Of a stretch of DNA of 64,000 nt, positions 51,388 through 63,769 are shown in pieces. The first letter of the stretch is position 1. Every line of letters begins with the position of its first letter. Below the pieces are notes generated by a model. That model ran no database searches. It was not told where the DNA came from and was given only the letters and a program-made list of their open reading frames with translations. The position numbers were made by a program, and so were the translations under genes. This DNA is from Squalus acanthias. Its lineage: Eukaryota. The stretch is from NCBI GenBank assembly GCA_030390025.1, contig CM059432.1, positions 100,256,001-100,320,000 of the forward strand, in the 5' to 3' direction.

Positions 51388-52189
51388 TAGAATTTTCAGC
51401 GAAAAGAGACACAGCTCCACCACAACTGCTCCAATCTTGCCTTTCGCTTCCTGGTAGCGCCATCCCACCCGGTATCTTCCTGACAGCTCGCTACCTTACA
51501 GCTTCATGCCTCGATACAGGCTTACAGATTGCCTGTGAAGCAGATGATCTGGTTACATGCTACATTTGTACATGCTACACTACAACAGTGTCCATCCAAA
51601 TACATGGAATCTTTTCGACAAGCTTGACACAGCCATGAGTATATAACTTTCTTTATGGGGTTAGTCTAAGATAGACACTTAGGCCCCTATATTGATGGGG
51701 GGGGCAGTTTGGTAATCGGTGGGGGGGGGGGGGGCAGACTTTCAGTTGCATGCTGTGGAGTTTTAACTGCAACTTTTTTTAAACAGGATCCATGCCTGTA
51801 AGTCAGCCTAATTGACAGGCTTGGTTTCCAGTCGGGCGGGGAGTACTCCGGAGAGGGCAGCAGCCATAGGTAAGGAGCCTGGAACTGCTAGTGGGAGCTT
51901 GGGGGTTTGTCCGATCCGAGTGGGTCTTTGGATGGGGAGGGGTTCCGATAGTGGGGTGTGAGGGTGTGGGTTTGATGGTGGGAGGGGGGTGCGGGGGAGG
52001 GGTGGTCCGATTCAAGGGAAGCAGGTAAGCTTGGGGGACATGGTTTGTGCCTGAAATTTCTTTAGGAAAAAGAGCCCATTAAGTTAAAAATAAAATGAAG
52101 ATAAAAAGGCAATCCCCAAAGTAAAGTGTAAAATCACTTTACACCTTTTTGTTCCTACATATTTATGACCACCTACTTCTATCTCTATA

Positions 52190-52705
52190 ACATTGTCCAT
52201 CTCCGCCTCAGCTCATAGAATCATAGAAATTTACGACATCTGCTGACGTCCCCTTCAACCAGCACCCCTTTGCTCGCTGATCTATATTGGCTTCCGGTCC
52301 AGCAACCCCTCGATTTTATCATTCTCGCCCTTGTTTTCAAATCCCTCCATGGCCTCATCCCTCCTTATCTTTGAAATCTCCTCCAGCCCTACAACCCTCT
52401 GAGATATCTGTGCTCCTCCAATTCTTGCCACTTGTGCATCCCCGATTTTCATCACTCTGCCGTTGGCGCCTTCAGCTGCCTCGGCCCTAAGCTCTGGAAC
52501 CTCCTCCCTAAACCTGTCCAACTTTCTACCTCTCTCTCCTCCTTTAAGGCACTCCTTAAAACCTACCACTTCGACCACTCTTTTGGTCAGCTGTCCTACT
52601 ATCTCCTCATGTGGCTCTGTGTCAAAGTCTGTTTGATAACGGTCCTGTGAAACGCCTTGAGACATTTTACTACATTAAAGGCGCTATATAAATGAAAGTT
52701 GTTTT
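52190..52705 (+). mobile_element. L2 3' fragment
   Basis: GAFSCLGPKLWNLLP and tail aaaggcgctatataaatgaaagttgtt. Confidence 0.8.
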
Positions 52706-53538
52706 TGTAATATTTTATGGTAATTAACTTTAATATATAGTGAGACTGTGCTGATATTTCCACTGAACATCTGAAAAGCATAACATTTTGTAAACAATTC
52801 ATAGCTGAATGGGTGAAAAATATAATAGTACTATAATCAATTCACTGTGTGCACAATAAGGACATATAAGCCTAGAAATGTGATTGTGCCACACCCGTTT
52901 TTCAGGAAGAGCGCGTTGGTTACAAGCTGGAAGTACACCATCCGCCAAATTGAATTGGGCTTCTCCGTAGGCATCCAGGTTGCACACCGGAGCTGTTTAC
53001 AATAATAAATAAAATAAACATTTGTTGTAGGACTCTTTTTGATATTGAGCTGACCCAGAGCCTGACTCACCATGGGACAAAATCGTCCAGCAACTCTTGG
53101 CACTAACAGGCAGGAAGGAGCCTATTTAAAGGGATCATGGAGTACTTGAAGGTTAGTTGCTGGTTTGTCATTTCAGTCTGCTGGTTAATTCTGGGCATTT
53201 TTTGGCCTGTTATCAGACTCTGGAGAGTAAAATTTGACTGCTGTGGACAAGATTTTGCTGGTGCTGCACTGGAGTGGTGTGGGTAGTGCGGCTAAAGGTG
53301 GTGAAGGTGTGAATAGAGAGTAAGAGAGCAGGATTGTTACCTTGACAACTCTGGTGAGGTCATTGAACACCTTTTACGATTTCAACCATGTCTTGGGAGC
53401 TAAGCTCCTGGCATTGAGCTGCTCTGCGATGTCTTCCTGTTGGCGATGGAGTTGTTGCCTGGACAGCTTTCTCCCCCAAGGTGGGAGAGAATCTCCCTCC
53501 TCCTGTTCATTGCCTGCACCAGAGTCTCCAAAGCAACA

Positions 53539-55672
53539 TCTAAAAGAGATTGCTGCAGAGGTAGTGGATGCATTGATTGTGATCTTCCAAAATTCCCTAA
53601 ATTCCAAAATGGTCCCAGCGGATTGGAAGGGAGCAAATGTAACCGCTCAATTCAAGAAAGGAGGGAGAGAGAAAACAGGGAACTACAGGCCAGTTAGCCT
53701 GACATCAGTCATTGGGCAAATGCTAGAATGCATTATCAAGGAAGTGGTAACAGGTTACTTAGTAATATAATTAGGCAGAGTCAGCATGGTTTTATGAAAG
53801 GGAAATCGTGTTTAACAAATTTATTAGAGTTTTTTGAGGATGTAACTAGCAGGGTAAATAAAGGGGAACCAGTGGATGTAGTATATTTGGATTTCCAAAA
53901 TGCATTCAATAAGGTGCCACATAAAAGGTTTACATGCAAGGGCTCATGGAGTTGTGGGTAAGATGTTAGCATGAATAGAGGATTGGTTAACAGACAGAAA
54001 AGAGAGTAGGGATAAACAGGTCATTTTCAGGCTGATTGCCGCAAGGATCAGTATTTGGGCCTCAGCTATTTACAATTTATATTAATGACTTAAATGAAGT
54101 GTAATGGACCCAGGTTTGCTGATGATACAAAGCTAGGTGGGAAAGTAAGCTGTGAGGGGGGCACAAAGAGCCTGCAAAGGGATATAGACAGATTAAGTGA
54201 GTGGGCAATAAGGTGGCAGATGGAGTATAATGTGGGGAAATGTGAGGTTGTTCACTTTGGTAGGAAGAATAGAAAAACAGAATATTTTTTAAATGGTGAG
54301 AAACTATTAAATGTTGGTGTTCAGAGAGATTTAGGTGTCCTTGTACAGGAAACACAGAAAGTTAGCATACGGGTACAGCAATTAGGAAGGCAAATGACAT
54401 GTTGGCCTTTACTGCAAGGGGGTTATAGTAGAAGAGTAAGGAGGTCTTACTACAATTGTACAGGGCTTTGGTGAGACCACACTTGGAGTACTGTGCACAG
54501 TTTTGGTCACCTTATCTGAGGAAGGACATACTTGACTTCGAGGCAGTGCAACAAAGGTTCACTAGATTGATCCCTGGGATGAGAGGATTGTCCTATGAGG
54601 AGAGATTGAGTAGACTGGGCCTATACTCTCTGGAATTTAGAAGAATGAGAGGTGATCTCATTGAAACATGCAAGATTTTGAGGGGGATTGACAGGGTAGA
54701 TGCTGAGAGATTGTTTCCCCTGGCTGGAGAGTCTAGAACTAGGGGGCATAGTCGCAGGATAAGGGGTCGACCATTTAAGACTGAGATGAGGAATTTCTTC
54801 ACTCAGAGGGTTGTAAATCTTTGGAATTCCCTACCCCAAAAGGCTGTGGATACGTAGTCATTGAGCATATTCACGGCTGAGATGCATAGATTTTTGGACT
54901 CATGGGGATTCAAGGGATATGGGGATCGGGCGGGAAAGTGGAGTTGAGGTCGAAGATCAGCTATGATTTTATTAAATGGTGGAGCAGGCTCGAAGGGCCG
55001 TATGGCCTACTCCTCCTAATTCTTATGGCCTTCTGTAGTGCAAGATCTTTCAACCACTTCAGCTATACTCTCTAAAACAAGGATTCTCAACCTTTTTGCT
55101 TCTCAGGCCCCCCTCCTGTATTATAAAAATTCCATAGACCCCCTGTAACGCAACACAACTATGTTTTCTGTATGAAAATTCTCTCAGCACAGCTCCCATT
55201 CCCCATGTTACTGCTGCTGCTGCTATCCCGGCACTGCAGAGAATACTGGTCCCCTCGCCCATCCCACTCCCTCGTTCCCTCAAGATGAGCCCCAATCACC
55301 TGATTCCCCAGTCTCCCTCTTACCCCTGACTCCCTCACCGATTGTTCCTGGCACTTCAGCCGGTCCCGGTTCTCTGCTTGATTGTCAGTCAAACAATCTT
55401 TAATCCCCCATCTCCAATACTTGTATAACTAATAAACAAAAGTGTACAATGAAAATGAAAAAACACAATCTACCCCAAAGGGCTGTGAATGTGTAGTCGT
55501 TAAGCATATTCAAGGCTGAGATAGATTTTTGGACTCTCGGGGAATCAAGGGATGTGGGGATAAGGCGGGAAAGTGGAGTTGAGGTCGAAGATCAGTCGTG
55601 ATCTTCTTGAATGGCGGAGCAGGCTCGAGTGGCTGTATGGACTACTCCTGCTCCTAATTCTTATGTTCTTAT
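53539..55672 (+). mobile_element. Chimeric CR1 insertion: CR1 RT to 3' end, 440-bp foreign flank, then a second CR1 3' end
   Basis: CR1 at 53539-55026; 55027-55468 aligns with 42272-42710; CR1 3' end repeated at 55469-55672. Confidence 0.9.
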
Positions 55673-55796
55673 GGGGCACGCTCTGCAGGTCTTGCTGCCA
55701 TTTTTCTCTTCAGAAGCTTTCCTTGTTGTCTACAGCCAGAGTGCACCTGCCCGTTAAGAGGTGCTTGCTGCCTTCACATGGAGTCAGAGACGCTTT

Positions 55797-56416
55797 GGGG
55801 AGAAATTCATTATAGCCCTGTTTGGGGTGCTAACTTTTAAAAGTTGAAAAAATTAGCGCCAGGCACTAATGTTTCTCAACTTTCAAAAATTCAAGTGCTC
55901 CACTTCCTTTCTGGAGTGCAACAGGCAGCAGGCAGGGCGGTAGGTGTGCAGCGCTACACAATGGGAAGGGCGATCGCTGATGGCTCTGCAATGGAAAGCA
56001 ACTTACCTGGTCCCCGATGGCAGCCGCGATCCGGCCCGATGCACTGCAGCAGAGTGCCGGGCTGATCGAGCGCTGGGGAAAAAAAGGGAAAAAAACAGAA
56101 AACGAGCATTTGATTATTTTTTTCCTACCTCGGCCACCTCGCCTTTAAGTATCGCCGCCAAAGCGCCCAGCCTCCCGAACAACGCCTCCTGCACCCGGCG
56201 AAACCTGAGTTCGGGTCCGGGGCGGTACACACGGCGATGACGTCACGATCTCTAGGCGAAGGAGATCGGGGCGCAACGCCATACCGCTGCCACAAACCTT
56301 CTGCCGAATTTAGCGGGAGGCGATATTCTCGCCGCACCTGGGCGGTAAGTGGTTAGCGCCCCGTTATCGCCCTCGGAGGCGATAACGGGAAGCACAAAGG
56401 TACCCAATTTCTTGCT
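55797..56416 (+). mobile_element. MITE related to family A
   Basis: Starts GGGGAGAAATTC...TTTGGGGTGCTAA; the right part shares GATGACGTCACGATC / GGAGATCG / TTAGCGCC motifs with 10300-10480. Confidence 0.75.
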
Positions 56417-57229
56417 CCTCAAACTGGCACAATGCCAATGAGTAGTGTGGGTAGTGCTGGCTCCATGCCTTCTAATGATAATGAGCATGCAGCACAACTA
56501 CTATGTACTGCATGCTGCCTGGGACAACACCAACTGACACCCACTGCATGACCGATTTTGGACGCGATCGAATTTCTAGGCCATAGAATGGCAGCAATGC
56601 TTCAAATTGTAGTGAACCATTGTTGAATTTAGGTAATTGCAAATTGGTAGCCGTTTTATACCCCACCTGATTTTCTTTTCCGAAGACTAATTTCACCCCT
56701 AGTTGTAAGATGGAACTATTACAATCTGGCATTACATTGCTAAGTAAGCAGCATTTTAAGAAAACATATTATTAGGCGACAGACACATGATGCTTTTTGT
56801 GGCAGGACTATGAAGATAAGGGGCGATCTTTCTGCACAAGATGTTGTTGCAACTACTGAACTGCAATTGACCCTCCACTAAGACACATTTATTCTGAATC
56901 CTCTTTCATGTTGACAGCACTCACTACCAAAGCAAAAGATATTCATTTTCCATGACAGAGTCTGAATGTCCCAATCACACTTCCCTGAATTGCTCTCAAA
57001 GTGTCAATAATGTTGCCTTGCAACGTCATAGCTTTCTGAGGAAAAAAATAACATTTGCTTTTCCTTCTATTGGAAAGAGTTTTTCACTCGGGAATGATGC
57101 TAAATTGTAGACAGTTTGTTCTGTCAAAGAGCTATAGAAATAACAGGAAAAGATACTATCAAGAACTTCTCTTTTTTTCTCATATGCCAATGCAAGTTCT
57201 TTCTTTTCATATCAACTTTCTTGTCCTCA

Positions 57230-57945
57230 GGCCAATGAATTACCCTTGAGGTGTAGTCATTGCTGTCTTGTAAACATACACAGCAGCCAACTTGCATACA
57301 GCAAGGTCTCACAAATGAGATAAATGACCAGCCATTCTGTTTTGGTGTTGTTATTTGAGAGATGTACCTTTGACCATAACTCCTATTCAATGTTTGCTTC
57401 TGTTCATATAGTCCCATGGGTTCTTTTACATCTGGATAAATAGACAGAGCTTTAGTTTAAGATTTCCTCTGAATTACATAGAATTTACAGCACAGAAACA
57501 GGCCATTCGGCTCAACTGGGCCCTGCTGGTGTTTATGCTCGACTCGAGCTTCCTCCCACCCTCTTCATCTAACTAACAGCATAACCTTCTATTCCTTTCT
57601 CCCTCGTGTTCATCTGGCTTTCCCTTAAATGCATCTATTTTATTCGCCTCAACTACTCCTTGTGGGAGCGAGTTCCACATTCTAAACACTCTCTGGGTAA
57701 AGAATTTCCTCCTGAATTCCCTACTGGATTTAATAGTGACTATCTTATATTTATGTCCTCTAGTTTTGGTCTCCCCCCACAAGTGGAAACATCTTCTCAA
57801 CGTCTACCCTATCAAACCTTTATATATCAAACATAGATGGTAAAAAGGTACTGAAGTGTCAGCCTTGGTTATGTGATCAATGACCTGGAGTGGGGCTTGA
57901 ACCACATCCTTTTGTCTCAGAGTCAAGAATGTTACCACTGAGTCA
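57230..57945 (-). mobile_element. Deu-type SINE relic interrupted by a CR1 3' fragment (57472-57820, -)
   Basis: Similar to 58605-58960; tRNA-like head with A/B-box relics at 57890-57945; CR1 segment FFTQRVFRMWNSLPQ. Confidence 0.6.
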
Positions 57946-58604
57946 AAAATGGCACTCTAACAGGGGCATAACTCAAAAATGTTAATTTGTTGCAACACCT
58001 TTGAGCTATTTAGTTAAGGTCCACAGCGGTTCATATGAATAGTCTTTTCAAAAGCTACATAATCATACAATACTGACTTCCCTCTTTTATAATAGGTTGA
58101 AAAAGTCTGAGTTCAGAGTTTTGTGCATACAGTGGATCGTGATTTACTGTGTAGTGTGTGAAATACATTCACATAGGAAGTGCAGAGTCATTTAAGGCTT
58201 TAACTTTCAGGGATTTTTTGGCTTATCACTTTCTGCTGTTTGTTGTCAATTATGTTGATGAAATCAGATAATTTGACAGAGTGACTTAGAAAGTCTCACT
58301 TGCTTAATTCTATATATTGTGTACATTTCAATTGCTAAATGTTTTTGTGTCTCTCACAGTATCAATTATTATATAATCTTGAAATGCAGATTCCCCATTA
58401 TTGGATATCATCTATCTAAATGAAGTCTTGATGGCAAAAAAGTGCATATTTTGTACTGATTCTACCTGGTCTATTACGTGATCAATTTTCAACAAACAGA
58501 TTGCATTTTTGCTGTCTGATAAGTATGTGCTCAGTAAAGCTATGACTCAACAGAACTCCTGCTGCTTCTTGGAAAATTGGGTTTTGAGCTGCAGGAGGGA
58601 AAGA

Positions 58605-58960
58605 AAGAGCTTGCATTTATATAGCGTCTTTCACATCCTTAAAATGTCCCAAACAGATTTACAGCCAATGAATTACTTTAGAATGTGTTCATTGTTGCTC
58701 TGTAGAAAACATGGCAGTCAGTTTATGCACAGCAAGGTCCCACAAGTAACAAGAAGATTGAGTAATTAATCTACTTTTTAATGGTGTCGATATAGAAATA
58801 AATGTTGGCCATGACACTGGCAGAACTCTCTTGTTAGTCACTGAATGGTGCCATGGGATCTTTTACGACCACTAAGCAGGCAGATGTGCCCCCGATTTAA
58901 CATCTAATCTGTAAGACAGTACCTCTGACAATGCAGCACCCCATCAGTTCTGCACTGAAG
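58605..58960 (-). mobile_element. Deu-domain-type SINE with L2-like tail
   Basis: Minus strand contains GTAAAAAGATCCCATGGCAC and ends GCTATATAAATGCAAG; resembles AmnSINE1/SacSINE1 (from memory, not aligned). Confidence 0.6.
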
Positions 58961-59069
58961 GTGGACTTCAAGTTATCAGTAACTCACAAAAGAACAGTCT
59001 AAAAATGAATTGCAGACATAATATAGGTTTGTAGGAAAAGCAGAATAGCCCACATAAGCAAAATGTACA

Positions 59070-61104
59070 AAAGCATTGAGCCATTTATTTTTTTTTACAA
59101 TGTATTGAAAATTTACATCATAGATCCATACATTTTACAAATTCTTTTTTTCATAAAAATATATTTCTTTACAAAAGAAATTTTTTATGCATCTAATTAT
59201 AATAAACATGATACAGAGGAGTAAGGAGGTTGTACATGAAATTTGTTTCAGGTACAATTTAAAGTTTGTTCTAATTTCAGTGGACGTACTTTGTTTATTG
59301 CAGTCACTTATGGTATACAAACCTGGGCGAGCAGGAACATACGTGAGACAATTTGAAGAAAAATAATTGCCGTTAAATTTAATACAGCTTCAGATGCATT
59401 GTAAAATTCCTACAGTTGAATGTATTCAATTTTTGTGATTAAAGGTAAATGGATCTTAAAGCCCAATGCTAGGTTTTTGACTGGAAAAAAATACACTCAT
59501 AGGACATTTTAGGAGCAGCAACCTTGGCCTCAATTAATTTTTGGTAGGCACAGTGCATACATTACAGTTACAACAATAGTAATATCTCCAGTTAATTGAT
59601 AATCCTTTCAGCAAAATAAAACAGATTATTTTAGTTTGATTGTACTTCTGTTCTTAAATTTTCATGCAAATCGTTTTCTAACACAGTGGTAATAATCTTT
59701 TGTGTGTAATGAGATGAGCTTTAGAGTATGAACAATTGTTAAATAGAGATGGAAGATGGAGACTTGTTGCTACTGCAATGTATAGTATGTCATGGCTCTA
59801 CTCTTTAAGGCAAATGTTAAGAAGATGACCAATAGGAAGTGTCGGGAGTCATGTGGAGTATGGCTGCCATTAGAACAGTAGAATAAACATTTGAAACGAA
59901 GATGAGCTCTCAGACACATCACTATCATCCATGCAAGAGATGCATTTCTTGTCTGTCATTAGTAAACACACTCATAATTTACTAACGTCTACTGTGTAGA
60001 TGTACAATGGGAAAAAAGTATGTATTTTCTTAATTAGAGAATGGGCAAGAAAAACAGCTGGCTCAGGTGATACCCCCTATAATCGTGGTCTATATTTTTG
60101 CACTCTCCACCTTACAAAACCCCAATCAGATTTAAACAAATAAGCTTGTTCTAATTACAACACACACATCCATAATACCATGAGTATCGATAGTGCAAAA
60201 TGCATGACATCCACACCATAAATCACTTAATGTTGAAAGTGTCCAGATGAACTGTAGTAAGCACGTACATAAGACTGTAACGTTATTAGACAATAAATAA
60301 AATGGTTTGCTGTAAAATAAACACAATCGAGTAATTAAATAATAATGAAGCATGCAACATATCATGCATATGCGTTACTTGAAAATATGAATATATAGTA
60401 TAAATAGTTCTCATTTTATTCTGTGGCAAGAATTCAACATTTTGTACGAAGAATACAAATTCAAATCAAAGAATGGAGAAAAAAATTAAATAGATGAAGA
60501 GATTTTTCTCGGCAATCAAAAAAGACTGGTAGTGTTCCATAGAAATCTGTTTAGTGAGTACCACACTGGCCGCTTTACAGTCAGGTATTTAAAATCAGTT
60601 TTGCAGTTGTTCCTTATAAAGTTTTTTTTACACCAGAAAGCAAAACCTGTAATAATCTTGACTATACAGTACTTCACAGTCTTTGTTACATATTCAGTGT
60701 CCCAACCTTCATGCCAAATCCTAGCCCCCATTGTTTGTAACATTGAAAGCAGAGGTTCAGTGTTCCTCAAGTATCTGCAGTTTTCTTCTGAGAAAGTATT
60801 TAGCATTTTTTTTTTGAAAAAATTGTGGCTAAGCACTCTTAGAGTGCAGCTAAAGTTGCTGAAAAGCTCTCCAGTAACAGAATGAAGAGCAAATCTGTTC
60901 CAAACTGGGTGAGCCATGAAAACATGTTCTTTTTTTCTGGTTCTTCAGATAAATCTGGTACATTAAATTCCTGAAAAGTGTGCTTTAAATAGCAGTGAAC
61001 CAAATGTGCATTGTACATAAGTTGGTTTAGTCAAAATCTAGATGTCCCAAGGATGCAAAGCGCTAGATGTGTATCAGGCTATGTAATCAAATAATGTCCC
61101 TGCC
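59070..61104 (-). other. CSMD3: CSMD3 3' UTR (approximate end)
   Basis: AT-rich and free of recognisable repeats after the stop codon. Minus-strand AATAAA at 59294-59299 and 59084-59089; SINE DNA resumes below ~58960. Confidence 0.6.
59084..59089 (-). terminator. Candidate polyadenylation signal of CSMD3
   Basis: AATAAA on the minus strand at the distal end of the repeat-free UTR block. Confidence 0.45.
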
Positions 61105-61264
61105 TTATACCATTGTACAGACTGTGTTGAGATTGGGGTCGAATCGAACTGCCTTGCCTTCTGCTGACTTTGCATTTGTGTCATACATTGGATTTTCAAA
61201 AGCTGCTTGACCATTATTGTTTTCATGTACAGAGCAGCCAGTATACTGTGTCTTAGGTGCAGTC
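61105..61264 (-). CDS. CSMD3: CSMD3 terminal coding exon (cytoplasmic tail)
   Basis: After acceptor ttttctctacag it reads (R)TAPKTQYTGCSVHENNNGQAAFENPMYDTNAKSAEGKAVRFDPNLNTVCTMV-TAA. This matches the CSMD3 C-terminus, with an NPxY motif and a class I PDZ-type end (TMV). The frame is not in the ORF track; I translated it by hand. Confidence 0.95.
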
Positions 61265-61321
61265 CTGTAGAGAAAAGGAGAAAAATTACAACTTCAAATC
61301 TAAGCTCAGGGCACAATATCA

Positions 61322-61645
61322 TTAGAATCGAATCATACAGCACAGGAGGCAGCCATTCGGCCCACTGTTCATGTGCCAGCTCTCTGAAATAGCTACCAAT
61401 TAGTTTCACTCCCCTGCTCTTTCCCCATAGCTCTGCCAAGTTTTCTTTTTTAAGTACATATCCAGATCCCTTTTGAAAGTTACTATTGAATCTGCTGCCA
61501 CCATTCTTTCAGGCAATGCATTCCAGATCATAACAACTCGCTGAGTCAGAACATTTCTCCTCATCTCCTCACTGGTTTTTTTGCCAATTGTCTTAAACTG
61601 TGTTCTCTGGTTACCAATCCTCCTCTCAGTGGAAAGAGTTTCTCC
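61322..61645 (-). mobile_element. CR1 3' fragment in the last CSMD3 intron
   Basis: EMRRNVLTQRVVMIWNALPE and an ATTCTA-type tail. Confidence 0.85.
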
Positions 61646-62085
61646 AATATTTTTCTCCAATATTCCAATTTTTTCCAATACAGTTTCTCAATACAAAGTA
61701 ATATTTAGAAATGTGCATAAAATCAGATTCTTACATTGATATATTTTATTAGTTCTATTGAAATTAACACATCTGATATATTCAATGAATTATTATCAGG
61801 AGACTGTCAGATTACAGCACTATTTTAAAGAGCCTCTCTGTAATTTGTCCCCTTGCTTACTGCTATCCAAGAGAACTACAGGTGGTTGTGACTTTAGCCA
61901 TAAGGTATTATCAATAATTAGTCTCATTTAACAAAATTATATGTAATTACATTGTGATTTTTCAGTTTTGCAAAGTTAATTGAGGTGTGATCTTGTTAAT
62001 GTGTTTTATTTGATTACTAATCAGCAACTTATTATTAGTCATGGTAGAGAAGTTAAATGTGCTTTAAAACACAGGGTTTGATATA

Positions 62086-62510
62086 CAGGAAACTTTCGTT
62101 TATCCGGCATCGACGGGACCGGCGTGGTGCCGGTTTATCGAAAGTACCGGATAACAGAGAGTTATATCTACCGAGGCTATTTTTAACAAAGAGACTCCAA
62201 GCAGCACGGGAGAATCTACTCATGCTACTGCAATGTTTCGGACTTGCGACAGCGCCAGGAGGCCGAGTAGTGGCACTTTTGAAAAGTACCCCTACTGACT
62301 AAATCGGCGTTCGCGGACTCAGACTCGGACTCGGGATCGGCAACATTGCCGGTTATTTGAGAGGATTTTTCGGAGCACTCGGCGTTCGCGGAGACTCGAC
62401 TGCGACTCGGCAACATTGCCGGTTATTTGAGAGGAGTTTTCGGAGGATGATTTTTGCCGGTTAAGCGAGAATTCCGGATATTTGGGTGCCGGATAAACGA
62501 AAGTTTCCTG
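62086..62510. mobile_element. Tc1/mariner (Tigger/pogo-like) MITE, 425 bp
   Basis: Perfect 24-bp TIR CAGGAAACTTTCGTTTATCCGGCA, TA on both sides, CpG-rich. Confidence 0.92.
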
Positions 62511-62515
62511 TATTT

Positions 62516-63537
62516 GGGGGGATTTTCGGCAGTGCGTTCAGGCGCTAACGATCCTCCGAGGTGGCCAAGATGGAGTCTTGATCTGAAACGCCGGTTTAGC
62601 CCACGTGTAGAGCAAGATGCCAACTTGGTAAAGGAGTTGGATCATGTGCTAAGAACGGCTGCCCGGAGGCTCGTTAAGGAGCTGATTGCCACTTAAAATG
62701 CCTGCTAGCGCTCATTAAGGCGGCTTCACAGCATTTTGGTGGCTAGCGCTTGTCCTAAGAGCCACCAGCTGTTTGGGAGTAAACAAGTTGTTGATGCGGA
62801 TCCCAAGCAGTACTTAAAGGGATGTCACCATTTTATGTTCAGTTGCTGCTAGTACTGTGATGAGGACCTCTGAAACACATCAGGAGACTTTCCGGGACAC
62901 TTTGCAAGACTTCAACAGTCTAGCAACATTTATTCTGCAAATTCTCTGAGGACTTCACCTAAAAAGAGTAATTGTTGTGCTACTCTACCTCATTGGACAC
63001 CTTATAGGAGTCACCAGGAGAAAGGGAGTGATTGGTTATGGGCATCTTGCTTGGGGTCCCCCTTGGTCTGGATGAGGAATGAGATGAGGACATGAGGCCA
63101 GGCATTGCAGCACGAGCTGCTGGAGAGGAACAGGAGGGCGAGGTGGTGTCCTTTCTCCCCTGTGGGTACAAGACATCCCTTCTCCTCTGGACCTCCTCCA
63201 CCAGAACTTCCAGTGCTGCATCCGAGAACCTGCACGACCTCTCCTTCAGCCCCATAGCCATCCTGCAACGTGCTGCTGTGTGTCAGCCAGAGTACTCTAC
63301 ACCTTCAGTATAAGTGGGTGCGAGGAGCCCACATATACTGCTCCATGAAAATTGCGTCTAATCAGCACTTGCTAAACCTGCAGGTTTCTGGTTTAGGACC
63401 ACCAGGCAAGTTCAAATTATGGTAATCAGCAATTAGGACCAAAATTGTGTGCTAAATCCAGACTTTCAAAGAGGCTAGTCTTATTAGCACTGCACCCATG
63501 TAGTGCCTGCTTTCACCCTTTGGCAAAAATAATCCCC
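62516..63537. mobile_element. Internally deleted Harbinger in the CSMD3 intron
   Basis: Ends GGGGGGATTTT / AATAATCCCC; Myb N-terminus on - (ERSCRFSDAALEVLVEEVQRRRDVLYP); transposase-like N-terminus on + from about 63038. Confidence 0.75.
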
Positions 63538-63633
63538 ACTGTCTTCTGCCATACATAATATGAACACTGTTATTTTTGAATATTTAGTTAAAATTGATTT
63601 ATAATTGTTAGAGAAATGTTAGTTGATACCAAC

Positions 63634-63769
63634 CTTTGTTTATAAAGATAAAACCCGAATCCTGCAAATATAAGAGCAAAAAAAGGCACAAGGATGGCGA
63701 TGGCCACAGAGCTACTATTAGTACCGTGTGGTTGATTGGGAGAATTTGAACCATGAGTTGAGTTCAGAC
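63634..63769 (-). CDS. CSMD3: CSMD3 penultimate coding exon (juxtamembrane region and transmembrane helix)
   Basis: Encodes (G)LNSTHGSNSPNQPHGTNSSSVAIAILVPFFALIFAGFGFYLYKQ(R), which I recognise as the CSMD3 TM segment. Acceptor ttctgctacag, donor AG|gttggt; 136 bp; its end phase matches the next exon. Confidence 0.95.

Larger units (their letters stand above)
52869..56582 (-). mobile_element. Non-autonomous Harbinger with a Myb exon-1 relic, hosting a CR1 chimera and a MITE
   Basis: TIRs AGCCTAGAAATGTGATTGTG / CGCGATCGAATTTCTAGGCC, ATA on both flanks. MAARPAERAP (about 55673-55701) joins DVALETLVQAMNRRREIL...FNDLTRVVK|gt (about 53340-53540). Confidence 0.8.

Noticed and set aside
60516..60917. 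Overlapping 133-aa and 117-aa ORFs
   Set aside because: Within the inferred CSMD3 3' UTR, with no recognisable protein features.
61074..61439. 121-aa ORF over the last CSMD3 exon
   Set aside because: Wrong frame, starting in a CR1 fragment; the true exon is 61105-61264 in another frame.
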